A stretch of 64,000 bases of DNA from Gammaproteobacteria bacterium (lineage in GTDB: Bacteria > Pseudomonadota > Gammaproteobacteria > UBA4575). Positions 11,318 to 20,984 of the stretch are shown piece by piece. The translations under genes and the position numbers were made by a program. Within the stretch, counting starts at the first letter, position 1. Each line of letters opens with the position of its first letter. The stretch is from contig CBDCTA010000029.1 in NCBI GenBank assembly GCA_965221955.1, positions 32,001-96,000 on the forward strand, read 5' to 3'. A model generated the notes under the pieces. The model was not told the origin of the DNA and searched no databases. It saw nothing but the letters and a program-made list of their open reading frames with translations.

Positions 11318-12181
11318 ATGAAACAAAATACTCTGAAACACTCATTCCGCTACATATTGCTGGGCAGTTTGATTGGAGTTTTTTCGCAAAATGCCTGGGC
11401 CGAGATTCAGCCTTATAACCTCACACAAGGCGTAACAGATACCAGCAAGGATATATACGATTTGCACATGATCATTTATTACATCTGTTGCGCAATTGGA
11501 GTGGTGGTGTTTGCAGCCATGGCAATTTCACTATTTAGAGATCGAAAATCAAGAGGTGTAACCCCTGCAAAGTTTCATGAAAGCACTTTCTTAGAGTTCA
11601 TCTGGACTGCAATACCTTTTGTAATTCTTATAGCTATAGCAATACCTTCAGCAAATGTGTTAATTCACTCAAAGGATATTAACGATGCAGAAATGACTAT
11701 TAAAGTAACCGGTTACCAGTGGTTATGGCGCTATGAATATATTGATCATGATATCGATTTTTATAGTGTACTGAGCACGCCTCGTGCTGAAATCTATGAT
11801 CAAGAATCCAAGGACGAAAATTATTTATTAGAAGTAGACAATGAACTCGTTCTTCCTACTAATCGTAAGGTCAGATTTTTAATAACTTCAAATGATGTAA
11901 TTCATTCATGGTGGGTACCTGAACTTGCTGTGAAAAGAGATGCAGTGCCAGGCTTTATTAATGAGGCATGGACAAAAATTAATAAGGCGGGTGTCTATCG
12001 TGGCCAGTGTGCTGAACTGTGTGGGCGTGATCATGGTTTCATGCCAGTCGTTGTGCGCGCATTACCACCGGAAGAATTCGACACTTGGGTACTACAGCAG
12101 AGTAATAATAATGTGGCAAATTCTGAAAGAAGTTCGACTTCTGTAGAGCAAAATAGTCCAAATAAAGTAGCTGCCTATTAA
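11318..12181 (+). CDS. coxB: Cytochrome c oxidase subunit II
   Basis: CuA ligands DVIHSW and CAELCGRDHGFM; no fused cytochrome c domain. Confidence 0.96.
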   Translation: MKQNTLKHSFRYILLGSLIGVFSQNAWAEIQPYNLTQGVTDTSKDIYDLHMIIYYICCAIGVVVFAAMAISLFRDRKSRGVTPAKFHESTFLEFIWTAIPFVILIAIAIPSANVLIHSKDINDAEMTIKVTGYQWLWRYEYIDHDIDFYSVLSTPRAEIYDQESKDENYLLEVDNELVLPTNRKVRFLITSNDVIHSWWVPELAVKRDAVPGFINEAWTKINKAGVYRGQCAELCGRDHGFMPVVVRALPPEEFDTWVLQQSNNNVANSERSSTSVEQNSPNKVAAY

Positions 12182-12250
12182 CACGAATGCAGTGAATTAA
12201 GCCCAAAAAGATTTTTTAAAAAATTTAGAAAAATATTCGGAGTAATAAAT

Positions 12251-13879
12251 ATGTCAACGACGACAGCTGGCGATCATCACGAAGAACATCCATCTGGCAT
12301 CATGCGTTGGATTACAACGACCAATCATAAAGATATTGGTACATTATATTTGTGGTTTGCACTCATTATGTTTTTTGTGGGTGGTTTTATGGCATTGATC
12401 ATTCGTGCTGAATTGTTTCAGCCTGGAATGCAGTTTGTCGATCCGCAATTTTTCAATTCTATGACCACAATGCATGCGCTTATTATGGTGTTTGGTGTAG
12501 TGATGCCTGCCTTCACTGGATTTGCAAATTGGATGATACCTTTGATGATTGGTGGTACCGATATGGCGTTGCCACGAATGAACAACTGGAGTTTTTGGAT
12601 TTTACCATTTGCATTTGCAATGATGGGTTCCACCTTATTTATGGATGGTGGTGGTCCAGCAGGTGGTTGGACATTGTACCCACCACTTACTTTGCAAACA
12701 GGTGATGCGTTACCTTTTGTTGTGTTCTCTATTCATTTTATGGGGATGTCTTCAATTATGGGTGCAATTAATGTGATCGCAACGATTTTGAATATGCGTG
12801 CACCTGGTATGACTTTAATGCGTATGCCATTGTTTGTTTGGACTTGGTTAATCACTGCATATCTATTAATTGCTGTTATGCCTGTCTTTGCAGGTGCGGT
12901 TACGATGCTACTTACAGATAAGTTTTTTGGTACTAGTTTCTTTAATGCTGCTGGTGGTGGTGACCCGGTTTTATTTCAGCATATTTTCTGGTTTTTTGGA
13001 CATCCTGAAGTATACATATTGATTCTGCCTTCATTTGGTGTGATTTCTACTATTATTCCAACATTTGCCCGTAAACCATTATTTGGTTATTCATCAATGG
13101 TATATGCAACTGCATCCATTGCTTTCTTATCTTTTATTGTTTGGGCCCACCATATGTTTACTGCAGGTATGCCTCTTGCTGGAGAGTTGTACTTCATGTT
13201 TGCCACGATGTTGATTGCGGTTCCAACTGGTGTAAAAGTATTTAATTGGATTTCCACTATGTGGCGTGGAGCAATGACGTTTGAAACACCTATGTTATTT
13301 TCTATTGCCTTTATTGTTTTATTTACGATAGGTGGTTTTTCTGGCCTTATGATGTCCATTGCACCTGTAGATTTTCAATACCATGATACGTATTTTATTG
13401 TGGCACATTTTCACTATGTGCTAGTACCTGGCGCAATTTTTGCGATTATAGCAGCAACATATTACTGGTTGCCGAAATGGACTGGGAATATGTATAGCGA
13501 GACGTGGGGTAAAATTCATTTCTGGACATCTACAATTTTTGTCAACATTACTTTTTTCCCAATGCACTTTTTAGGTCTGGCTGGAATGCCGCGCCGTATC
13601 CCTGATTACGCACTGCAATTCTCAGATTACAATATGATAGCTTCTATTGGCGCATTTGGTTTTGGTTTTGCTCAGATCATTTTCTTAGGAATTATAATTG
13701 CTACGATACGTGGTGGCGCAAAAGCAACTGACCGTGTATGGGAAGGTGCACATGGGTTAGAGTGGACTTTAAGTTCTCCACCTCCATACCATAGCTTTAC
13801 TACTCCACCAAATGTTGAAAATGAATGGAACTGGTTCACTCGTGTAGTAAATGAAGATGCAATCAAAACGCGCAGCTAA
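12251..13879 (+). CDS. coxA: Cytochrome c oxidase subunit I (A1-type)
   Basis: HKDIGTLY, WFFGHPEVY, WAHHMF, HFHY. Confidence 0.97.
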   Translation: MSTTTAGDHHEEHPSGIMRWITTTNHKDIGTLYLWFALIMFFVGGFMALIIRAELFQPGMQFVDPQFFNSMTTMHALIMVFGVVMPAFTGFANWMIPLMIGGTDMALPRMNNWSFWILPFAFAMMGSTLFMDGGGPAGGWTLYPPLTLQTGDALPFVVFSIHFMGMSSIMGAINVIATILNMRAPGMTLMRMPLFVWTWLITAYLLIAVMPVFAGAVTMLLTDKFFGTSFFNAAGGGDPVLFQHIFWFFGHPEVYILILPSFGVISTIIPTFARKPLFGYSSMVYATASIAFLSFIVWAHHMFTAGMPLAGELYFMFATMLIAVPTGVKVFNWISTMWRGAMTFETPMLFSIAFIVLFTIGGFSGLMMSIAPVDFQYHDTYFIVAHFHYVLVPGAIFAIIAATYYWLPKWTGNMYSETWGKIHFWTSTIFVNITFFPMHFLGLAGMPRRIPDYALQFSDYNMIASIGAFGFGFAQIIFLGIIIATIRGGAKATDRVWEGAHGLEWTLSSPPPYHSFTTPPNVENEWNWFTRVVNEDAIKTRS

Positions 13880-13955
13880 GCGAACAGCAATCATCTTGGG
13901 CCTTGTTGCACTGATAATTTATATCGGCTTTTATTTCCTGATGAATGCTAAATAA
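13851..13955 (+). CDS. Small single-TM protein, putative cytochrome oxidase small assembly protein (34 aa)
   Basis: MKMQSKRAAKRTAIILGLVALIIYIGFYFLMNAK: basic N-terminus plus one TM helix, between coxA and ctaG. Confidence 0.7.
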   Translation: MKMQSKRAAKRTAIILGLVALIIYIGFYFLMNAK

Positions 13956-13967
13956 GAGAATAGATGA

Positions 13968-14525
13968 ATGAGTTCGGTCAATAGTAAAAGTGCATTTAAA
14001 CTTTGTTTGGTTGCGGCTGCCATGTTTGGTTTTGGGTATGCACTCGTTCCTCTCTATGATGTCATATGCGATATCACTGGTTTGAATGGCAAATCTGATT
14101 CAGTTACACAGCAGCAAGAAGCAAATTTTGATGTAGATGAATCACGAACCATTACTGTAGAGTTTATCGCTAATTTAAACCAAAGTATGGCTTGGGACTT
14201 TAAGCCTGAGGTTGCAAAAATGGTGGTACATCCAGGTAAATCTTATCAAACCAGTTTCTTTGTCAATAACAAAACTGAACATTCGATGATCGGACAAGCC
14301 ATTCCCAGCGTTGCGCCTCCAGATGCTGCTAGTAAATTTATTAAAACAGAATGTTTTTGTTTTACTAGTCAATTATTAGAAGCAGGGCAATCGATGGAGA
14401 TGCCACTAGTATTTGTGATTAGTCCAACACTACCAGACCATATAAAAACGGTTTCCCTTTCTTATACTTATTTTGATGTCAGCAATCGAGTGGATAGCTT
14501 ACAAAATAATACAGATAACACTTAA
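13968..14525 (+). CDS. ctaG: Cytochrome c oxidase assembly protein CtaG/Cox11
   Basis: FGFGYALVPLYDVIC and ECFCF copper motif. Confidence 0.95.
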   Translation: MSSVNSKSAFKLCLVAAAMFGFGYALVPLYDVICDITGLNGKSDSVTQQQEANFDVDESRTITVEFIANLNQSMAWDFKPEVAKMVVHPGKSYQTSFFVNNKTEHSMIGQAIPSVAPPDAASKFIKTECFCFTSQLLEAGQSMEMPLVFVISPTLPDHIKTVSLSYTYFDVSNRVDSLQNNTDNT

Positions 14526-14541
14526 ACACTAAGAGAAAATT

Positions 14542-15414
14542 ATGGCACAAGCAGAAAGTAACTATTTCATTCCCCACGGCAGTCACTGGCCATTTGTAGG
14601 ATCGATAGCAGTTTGCAGTTTAATGGTGGGATTCTCAAATCTCTTGAATGGGGCAGACTGGGGCAAATATGTGATGATGTTTGGTGGCATTGTATTGCTA
14701 GTCATGCTGTTTGGTTGGTTTGGGGCAGTGATAAGAGAAAGTGAATCGGGTACTTATAACCAACAAGTAGATACTTCATTTCGATGGGGGATGTTTTGGT
14801 TCATTTTTTCAGAAGTCATGTTCTTTGCAGTTTTCTTTGGTTCTTTGTTTTATATAAGGACTTATTCACTACCTTGGCTTGGGGGTGATGGTTCTGGTGT
14901 ATCTACGAATGCTTATTTATGGCCAGGTTTTGAAGCCATTTGGCCGCAAACCGGTAATGGACCGGGACAAGTTGGTGGTGAATTTAAGGCCATGGCATGG
15001 AATGGTTTGCCATTGATCAACACAATTTTATTGCTCACCAGTGGTGTGACCTTAACTTGGGCACATCACGCTCTTAAAGCCAATCACCGTACACAACTCA
15101 TCATCGGGCTGTTTTTAACCGTATTGCTAGGCGCAATCTTCATGGTTTGCCAAGGAATCGAATACTACGAAGCCTATGAACATCTTGGTTTAACCTTAGG
15201 CTCTGGGGTATATGGATCTACCTTCTTTATGTTAACCGGTTTTCACGGCATGCATGTCACCATAGGGGCGATTATTCTATTTGTGATTTTAATCAGATGT
15301 ATCAAAGGGCACTTTAAACCAGAAAGTCATTTTGGTTTTGAGGCAGCTGCTTGGTATTGGCACTTTGTGGATGTGGTGTGGTTAGGCTTATTTATATTTG
15401 TTTATATTTTGTAG
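14542..15414 (+). CDS. coxC: Cytochrome c oxidase subunit III
   Basis: FIFSEVMFF, TGFHGMHV, WYWHFVDVVW. Confidence 0.96.
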   Translation: MAQAESNYFIPHGSHWPFVGSIAVCSLMVGFSNLLNGADWGKYVMMFGGIVLLVMLFGWFGAVIRESESGTYNQQVDTSFRWGMFWFIFSEVMFFAVFFGSLFYIRTYSLPWLGGDGSGVSTNAYLWPGFEAIWPQTGNGPGQVGGEFKAMAWNGLPLINTILLLTSGVTLTWAHHALKANHRTQLIIGLFLTVLLGAIFMVCQGIEYYEAYEHLGLTLGSGVYGSTFFMLTGFHGMHVTIGAIILFVILIRCIKGHFKPESHFGFEAAAWYWHFVDVVWLGLFIFVYIL

Positions 15415-15430
15415 CACAAATTCTCGACTG

Positions 15431-15461
15431 TAAAAAAACGCCGCGATTGCGGCGTTTTTTA
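15431..15461. terminator. Bidirectional intrinsic terminator
   Basis: AAAAAAACGCCGC-GATT-GCGGCGTTTTTT between convergent coxC and the DUF2909 gene. Confidence 0.9.
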
Positions 15462-15502
15462 TTTCCAGATCTAATTTTTTTAATATTGGAGAAAGAGTTT
15501 AG

Positions 15503-15712
15503 TTAACCACCAAGACCATGTGGTTGAATCAAACCCGTATAATAACCGAGTATTAATAATAAAATTATCGAAATAGAAACCGCGATTCGTATAGTTAATG
15601 CATTAACTGTACGTTTAGTCTTTCCTTTATCTTCGATTAAATAATATAGCGCTGCACCTAGACTAATTAGGATAATTAGAAATAATACAATAATGATAAT
15701 CTTAATGGTCAT
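15503..15712 (-). CDS. Twin transmembrane helix small protein (DUF2909)
   Basis: MTIKIIIIVLFLIILISLGAALYYLIEDKG...ALTIRI...GLIQPHG; typical position divergent from SURF1. Confidence 0.88.
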   Translation of the reverse strand: MTIKIIIIVLFLIILISLGAALYYLIEDKGKTKRTVNALTIRIAVSISIILLLILGYYTGLIQPHGLGG

Positions 15713-15734
15713 AAACTCAGCTGTGGAAGTATAA

Positions 15735-16457
15735 ATGTATTGGCACAAACCTTCATGGTTGATTTTGATTGTGACAGCAGTCGGAGTATTTTGTCTTAGC
15801 TCATTAGGTGTTTGGCAACTGCAGCGTGCAGAAGAAAAAAAACAAATTCTGCGTGATAGCAAAGCGCAAAACAACAATACTCCGCAATCTATCCGTTTAC
15901 CAGTCGTAGAACCAGAGAAACTACGCTATCAACGAATAGAGCTACAGGGGAGTTATATTTCAAGCAAACAGTTTGTGCTGGACAATCAAATACAAGATCA
16001 TAAAGTTGGCTACAATATTCTCACACCGTTTCGAGTTAGCAATACAGATTTTGTAGTATTAGTGGATCGTGGGTGGGTAGCGCTTGAAAATTCGCGTCAA
16101 CAATTGCCGGAAGTGAACGTATCTGAAGAACTACGTACGATAACAGGAACCGTTTACGCACTATTTGGCAAACCCTATACACTGGGAGAAATTGATAATG
16201 GTAATACTAACTGGCCAAGGTTAGTTCAGTATTTAGACTTTGATGTTTTAGGGAATCGCTTGGGAAAAACACTACAGCCTTTCACCTTACGACTAGATGG
16301 TGACCAACAAGATGGCTATTTGAGAGAGTGGCAGATTTTTGCATTTTCACCAAACCGAAATTTAGCCTATGCGGTACAGTGGTTTGCTTTAGCGTTAGCC
16401 TTGCTGGTGATCTTTGTCGTGCTACATATATCTAAATCAAAAAAACCAAATGGATAA
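15735..16457 (+). CDS. SURF1 family cytochrome oxidase assembly protein
   Basis: LGVWQLQRAEEK, VLVDRGWV, YAVQWF. Confidence 0.93.
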   Translation: MYWHKPSWLILIVTAVGVFCLSSLGVWQLQRAEEKKQILRDSKAQNNNTPQSIRLPVVEPEKLRYQRIELQGSYISSKQFVLDNQIQDHKVGYNILTPFRVSNTDFVVLVDRGWVALENSRQQLPEVNVSEELRTITGTVYALFGKPYTLGEIDNGNTNWPRLVQYLDFDVLGNRLGKTLQPFTLRLDGDQQDGYLREWQIFAFSPNRNLAYAVQWFALALALLVIFVVLHISKSKKPNG

Positions 16458-17040
16458 AAAAACACAAAGTAGAAGCTATTTAGTTGGCTTATTTATCGTA
16501 TTTTTTGGCCCACTATTTTTTGCCATGTGGCTATTTTATGTACCCAATAGTTGGCTAAGTTCAAACACACAAAATCATGGCACCTTAATTCAACCGGCAA
16601 AACCGTTGGATGATTTGAGTTTAACCACATTAGATGGTGATAATTGGGATAAACAACAATTTATGGGGAAATGGACACTGTTATATATAGGCGATGAAGA
16701 TTGTGACCTGTATTGCGAGGCAAGTTTGTTTAAAATGCGCCAAGTGCGATTGACGTTAGGCCGCGATAGCCAAAGAGTACAACGTAAATATTTAGGGATT
16801 GACCATGATAAAAATAAGAAACAGATCAATGCTGTTTTAGAACGCTATCCTAAAATGCAAATCAGCTGGTTTAATTTTGATAAAGTAAGCAATGCGTTAT
16901 CTTTATATGACTTGCAAAAGTATTCTATTTATTTAATTGACCCACTGGGAAATATAATGATGCAATATTCAAAAGATGCTACCTCAAAAGGCGTGAAGAA
17001 AGATCTGAAACGTTTGTTAAAGGTCTCCAAAATTGGTTAA
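16450..17040 (+). CDS. SCO-like/thioredoxin-fold cytochrome oxidase assembly protein
   Basis: N-terminal TM, CDLYC (CxxxC), YLIDPLGNIMMQY, KDLKRLLK. Confidence 0.8.
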   Translation: MDKKTQSRSYLVGLFIVFFGPLFFAMWLFYVPNSWLSSNTQNHGTLIQPAKPLDDLSLTTLDGDNWDKQQFMGKWTLLYIGDEDCDLYCEASLFKMRQVRLTLGRDSQRVQRKYLGIDHDKNKKQINAVLERYPKMQISWFNFDKVSNALSLYDLQKYSIYLIDPLGNIMMQYSKDATSKGVKKDLKRLLKVSKIG

Positions 17041-17083
17041 ACAAATCCCTATTTATCTAAATTAATTAGTAAAATAAAAACAA

Positions 17084-18067
17084 ATGTTTAGAAAGATTGC
17101 ACTCCTTTCCACATTATTAGCCCTAATAGTGGTGGTAATGGGCGCTTATACGCGGTTATCTGATGCAGGTTTAGGCTGTCCGGATTGGCCAGGTTGTTAT
17201 GGGCATTTACTGGGCGTTCCCGAAACCAATGCTGAAATTGATCGTGCCAATCAAGCATTTCCTGAGCGTGCGGTTGAATCTGCTAAAGCCTGGAAAGAAA
17301 TGATACACCGCTACTTAGCTGAAGGCTTGGGGTTGTTGATATTGATCTTAGCTATTGTGGCAATCAAGAATCGAAAAGATGAGAACCAAGCTTTGTGGTT
17401 ACCTCTAGCTTTAGTAGCTTTGGTGATCTTTCAAGGTTTGTTAGGTATGTGGACGGTCACGTTATTATTAAAACCCGTTATTGTGATGCTGCATTTGTTA
17501 GGTGGCTTATGTATTTTAGCTTTGCTCTGGTGGCTCGTGTTACAGAGTTCGCCACAGCAAACTTTAGGCACACAAAATTCTTTAACATCAATTTTAGTAG
17601 TCGGTTTGATACTTTTAGTTGTACAAATATTGTTGGGGGGTTGGACTAGTGCGAATTATGCTGCCTTAGCGTGTCCAGATTTTCCAACTTGTCAGGGTGT
17701 GTGGTGGCCAGCGACAGATTTCAAAGAAGGCTTTGTTTTTTGGCGAGGGCTTGGGCAGAACTACGAATTTGGAGTGTTAGATAGTCCTGCACGTACCGCG
17801 ATCCATCTTAGCCATCGCATGTTTGCTATTGTTGTTGCTGTTTTTTGGTTAGCGATGTTATTGCGCATCATGGTAGGTCATAAGTCGTCATCGAATATGC
17901 GCCAAATAGCGACCATTACGCTGGTTTTTTTGATCGCTCAAATTGCTTTAGGCATTTCTAACGTAGTGATGAAATTGCCGATCAGTGTAGCTGTGATGCA
18001 TAATGGTGGCGCAGCGTTACTACTCTTGAGTGTAGTCACGCTAATTTTCTACGCTAGACGAGAATAG
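17084..18067 (+). CDS. ctaA: Heme A synthase (COX15/CtaA)
   Basis: AGLGCPDWPGC, EMIHRY, ACPDFPTC; multiple TM helices. Confidence 0.93.
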   Translation: MFRKIALLSTLLALIVVVMGAYTRLSDAGLGCPDWPGCYGHLLGVPETNAEIDRANQAFPERAVESAKAWKEMIHRYLAEGLGLLILILAIVAIKNRKDENQALWLPLALVALVIFQGLLGMWTVTLLLKPVIVMLHLLGGLCILALLWWLVLQSSPQQTLGTQNSLTSILVVGLILLVVQILLGGWTSANYAALACPDFPTCQGVWWPATDFKEGFVFWRGLGQNYEFGVLDSPARTAIHLSHRMFAIVVAVFWLAMLLRIMVGHKSSSNMRQIATITLVFLIAQIALGISNVVMKLPISVAVMHNGGAALLLLSVVTLIFYARRE

Positions 18068-18075
18068 ACTTATAT

Positions 18076-18942
18076 TTAAGCAGCAATTGCTGACTTTAGC
18101 TTTTTAATCGCGTTATTTTCTAATTGGCGCACACGCTCTGCAGATACCTGATATTTTTCTGCTAAGTCTTGCAAAGTAGTTTTCTTTTCAGTTAGCCAGC
18201 GCTTCGCAATAATATCTCGACTACGTTCATCTAATTCCTGTAGAGCAATTTGTAGTTGTTGGGTTTGGTGAGCTTGCCAGTCATTTTGTTCAAGTTGCTC
18301 AGCAGGTGAAGCACTTTGATCCGTTAAATACGCAGCAGGAGAGAAGCTGCTTGCACCCTCTTCATCATCTGCATGGTCAGGCAAGTCAAAGCCTAAGTCA
18401 GGGCTAGATAAGCGTTTTTCCATTTCTAACACTTCAGCAGGTTTGACGCCCAATTCTTTAGCTACATTTTCAACTTCTTGTTGATTTAACCAAGCTAGTC
18501 TTTTTTTACTACTACGTAAATTAAAAAACAATTTACGTTGCGCTTTAGTCGTAGCAATTTTAACAATACGCCAATTGCGTAATACAAACTCATGAATTTC
18601 TGCGCGTACCCAATGCACTGCAAAGGAAACTAGGCGTACCCCTTTGTGCGGATCAAATTTTTTAACCGCTTTCATTAAACCTACATTACCTTCCTGAATT
18701 AAATCAGCTAGAGGTAGTCCATAACCGCTATAACCGCGTGCAACCTGCACAACGAAACGCAAGTGGTGAACAATGAGCGTACGAGCTGCGTCTAAGTCAT
18801 CTTTTTCATATAGACGTAAGGCAAGCTCATGCTCTTGCTCAGCATCTAATACGGGTATTTGATAGGCAGACGCAATATAGCTGTCTACATTTGCAGTAGA
18901 CACCGATAAATTGCCCTGTGTTAGCATCATTGACTTTGACAT
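18076..18942 (-). CDS. rpoH: RNA polymerase sigma-32 factor RpoH
   Basis: RpoH box [20 protein letters not shown]; downstream of ftsYEX. Confidence 0.97.
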   Translation of the reverse strand: MSKSMMLTQGNLSVSTANVDSYIASAYQIPVLDAEQEHELALRLYEKDDLDAARTLIVHHLRFVVQVARGYSGYGLPLADLIQEGNVGLMKAVKKFDPHKGVRLVSFAVHWVRAEIHEFVLRNWRIVKIATTKAQRKLFFNLRSSKKRLAWLNQQEVENVAKELGVKPAEVLEMEKRLSSPDLGFDLPDHADDEEGASSFSPAAYLTDQSASPAEQLEQNDWQAHQTQQLQIALQELDERSRDIIAKRWLTEKKTTLQDLAEKYQVSAERVRQLENNAIKKLKSAIAA

Positions 18943-18991
18943 GATTTTTAATTTCCCCTTATCGGATCATTAACTGTTCTCGAGTATAATT

Positions 18992-19018
18992 TTAGCACTC
19001 TTGGTCTTAGAGTGCTAA
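18992..19018. promoter_or_regulatory. CIRCE element (HrcA operator) upstream of rpoH
   Basis: Exact TTAGCACTC-N9-GAGTGCTAA about 50 nt upstream of the rpoH start. Confidence 0.95.
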
Positions 19019-19033
19019 CCAGCCAAAACGTTC
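19007..19033 (-). promoter_or_regulatory. Candidate sigmaE (RpoE/AlgU) promoter for rpoH
   Basis: Minus strand GAACGT-N16-TCTAA versus consensus GAACTT-N16-TCTRA; the -10 lies inside the CIRCE. Confidence 0.6.
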
Positions 19034-19500
19034 AATTTTGACCCCTTATTGGCTAAATTTAAGTCCTAGAACCGCACTATATGCTCTATTTTTAGGGCTC
19101 TATCCCCCTCACAAGATCTCGAGTAGAGGAGATCAATAGTATTGATACAGTGAACTGAGTAAGCTCATGAACAGCTTCAATTTTTGGGCTTTCTAAGCGT
19201 TGAAAAGTATGTTTTGAGGCTAGGCAAAATGGCCCTATATCTCGATTGGTTATTACGTCGCTCTGTCAGGGCGCTTCACCCGGAAGCGTGTTGTTTCAAA
19301 TTTCTGAAACCGTATCGTTAACACGTATACAGGCGTTGAGTAGTTTTCAATACAGGAAGTATTTAGAGAACCGTTTACTAAAATACAGGATTGGAGTTGC
19401 TGCCCTTTTATCGGTCTATATTTGGACTCTGTCTTTTACAAATACGCCTAAAAATATATATCCATACAATTTTAAAGATTACGTTTCTAAATATAAATAC

Positions 19501-19734
19501 ATGCCTGGCGTACAAGTAAGTAAATCTGATCTCGCGCATATTTTTGGTGTAGATCAACCCACTATTGATCATTGGATACAACGAGGCTTGCCCTACATTC
19601 GTAAACGATTAGCTGTGTCAGGTGGAGACACCATGGTAAGCCCAAACAATACAATGGAACGAGAGCTTATTTTTGATACTGCTGATGCAATTAATTGGCG
19701 ATTGTCAGTATCTAATCTAGAACACGAATGGTGA
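19501..19734 (+). CDS. Stand-alone terminase-small-subunit (lambda Nu1-like) winged-HTH domain protein, 77 aa
   Basis: VSKSDLAHIFGVDQPTIDHWIQRGLP...LIFDTADAINW parallels the Nu1 N-domain (VNKKQLADIFGASIRTIQNWQEQGMP...YDSAAVIKW). ATG 19501 preferred over the TTG at 19246. Confidence 0.7.
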   Translation: MPGVQVSKSDLAHIFGVDQPTIDHWIQRGLPYIRKRLAVSGGDTMVSPNNTMERELIFDTADAINWRLSVSNLEHEW

Positions 19735-19784
19735 CTTGACAAACACAATATTTGAATTTCAACCCTCGGCAAGTAAACTCAAGG

Positions 19785-19997
19785 ATGAGTACACACATCA
19801 AACCCGCTTTATCTTCTCAATCTACTTACTATGTGATGAACATGAAAAATGATCACTGGGTAAAAATCAGTGATGTTTATTTTGATTTAGAAGAAGCAAA
19901 TAATGTTTACCTCAAATTATTACGAAGACACCCTTTCGCACGTCTTGGCGGTAGTAAGCACTTAGCCGTCAAACATAGCGTTCATACTAAGCAGTAG
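19785..19997 (+). CDS. Small hypothetical protein (about 70 aa)
   Basis: ORF co-oriented with the Nu1-like gene, filling the gap to ftsX. Start uncertain (TTG 19752 or ATG 19785). Confidence 0.55.
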   Translation: MSTHIKPALSSQSTYYVMNMKNDHWVKISDVYFDLEEANNVYLKLLRRHPFARLGGSKHLAVKHSVHTKQ

Positions 19998-20012
19998 AAA
20001 AATAGAGCGCTT

Positions 20013-20981
20013 TTAACTTGGTTGTATTTTACTGATGCGGCGATTGACCGCCAGCCAAGATCCAAACAGTCCTAGAAAAATACTTGCAAATACCAAAGTT
20101 AAACTCTGTGCGAAGCTTGGTAACATAAGTTTGAAGTTGCTGTTGTAAAGGCTAACTAAGTTTTGAGCAGGTTGGCGAATCACCAATAAGACGATGAAAA
20201 CCAATAGCAGTGCTAATACGCCTCCCAATAATCCATACCACATGCCACCATACAAAAAAGGCCTACGGATAAAGCGGTCACTTGCGCCAATTAATTTAGT
20301 CACTTCAATTTCGTCACGACGATTTTCAATATCGAGGCGTATACTATTACCTACAACGAGTAAAACAGATAGGCCTAGCATTATGCCAATCGCTAATATT
20401 GCACGTTGAATTATATTGGTAATCGCTTGTAAGCGTTGTAACCACTGCATGTCCATTTGCACTTGCTCAACCTGTGTAATGTTTTCAAACTCATTCTTGA
20501 GCTTATTTAGGCTCGTGCTTTGTTTGGCGTGTGTAATCGGGGTTACGACTAAAGAAGGAGGTAGCGGGTTAGAAACTAAACCTTCTAACAAATCGCTAAA
20601 TTCACTTCGCTGTTTAAATTCACTCAATGCTGTGTCCGCAGGAATATAGCTGACATTTTCTACTTGGGAATTTTTTTCAAGTTGCTGTTGAATTTTTTTG
20701 ATTTGTTGTTCAGAGGTGTTGGTATGCAAAAATAAGGTTATCTGCCCAGCGTCATCCCATTTTTGTGTAACATTTTGTAGGTTATTAAGTAATACATAAA
20801 GGCAGGTAGGTAAAGCTAATGCTACGGCAATCATCAAAATGGTCATGATGGTAGCAAAAGGTGTGCGGTATAGTTTGCCTAGGCTGAACAACAATACCCG
20901 TATATGATCACGCACGTAGGCACGCAAACGTGTTTTGAGTTTTGGTCTGGCTAAGGGTTGTGGGGATCTTGTTTTGGCCAT
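20013..20981 (-). CDS. ftsX: Cell division permease FtsX
   Basis: NPLPPS, RRDEIEVTKLIGASDRFIRRPFLY. Confidence 0.96.
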   Translation of the reverse strand: MAKTRSPQPLARPKLKTRLRAYVRDHIRVLLFSLGKLYRTPFATIMTILMIAVALALPTCLYVLLNNLQNVTQKWDDAGQITLFLHTNTSEQQIKKIQQQLEKNSQVENVSYIPADTALSEFKQRSEFSDLLEGLVSNPLPPSLVVTPITHAKQSTSLNKLKNEFENITQVEQVQMDMQWLQRLQAITNIIQRAILAIGIMLGLSVLLVVGNSIRLDIENRRDEIEVTKLIGASDRFIRRPFLYGGMWYGLLGGVLALLLVFIVLLVIRQPAQNLVSLYNSNFKLMLPSFAQSLTLVFASIFLGLFGSWLAVNRRISKIQPS

Positions 20982-20984
20982 GGG

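Noticed and set aside
15713-15877. N-terminal extension of the DUF2909 ORF
   Set aside because: Overlaps SURF1 antisense; the family pattern starts at ATG 15712.
19246-19500. 85-aa N-terminal extension of the Nu1-like ORF from TTG 19246
   Set aside because: Similarity to Nu1 begins at ATG 19501; the extension reads like translated AT-rich intergenic DNA.
19020-20012. Prophage
   Set aside because: Only about 1 kb, with no integrase, large terminase, structural genes or att-like direct repeats.
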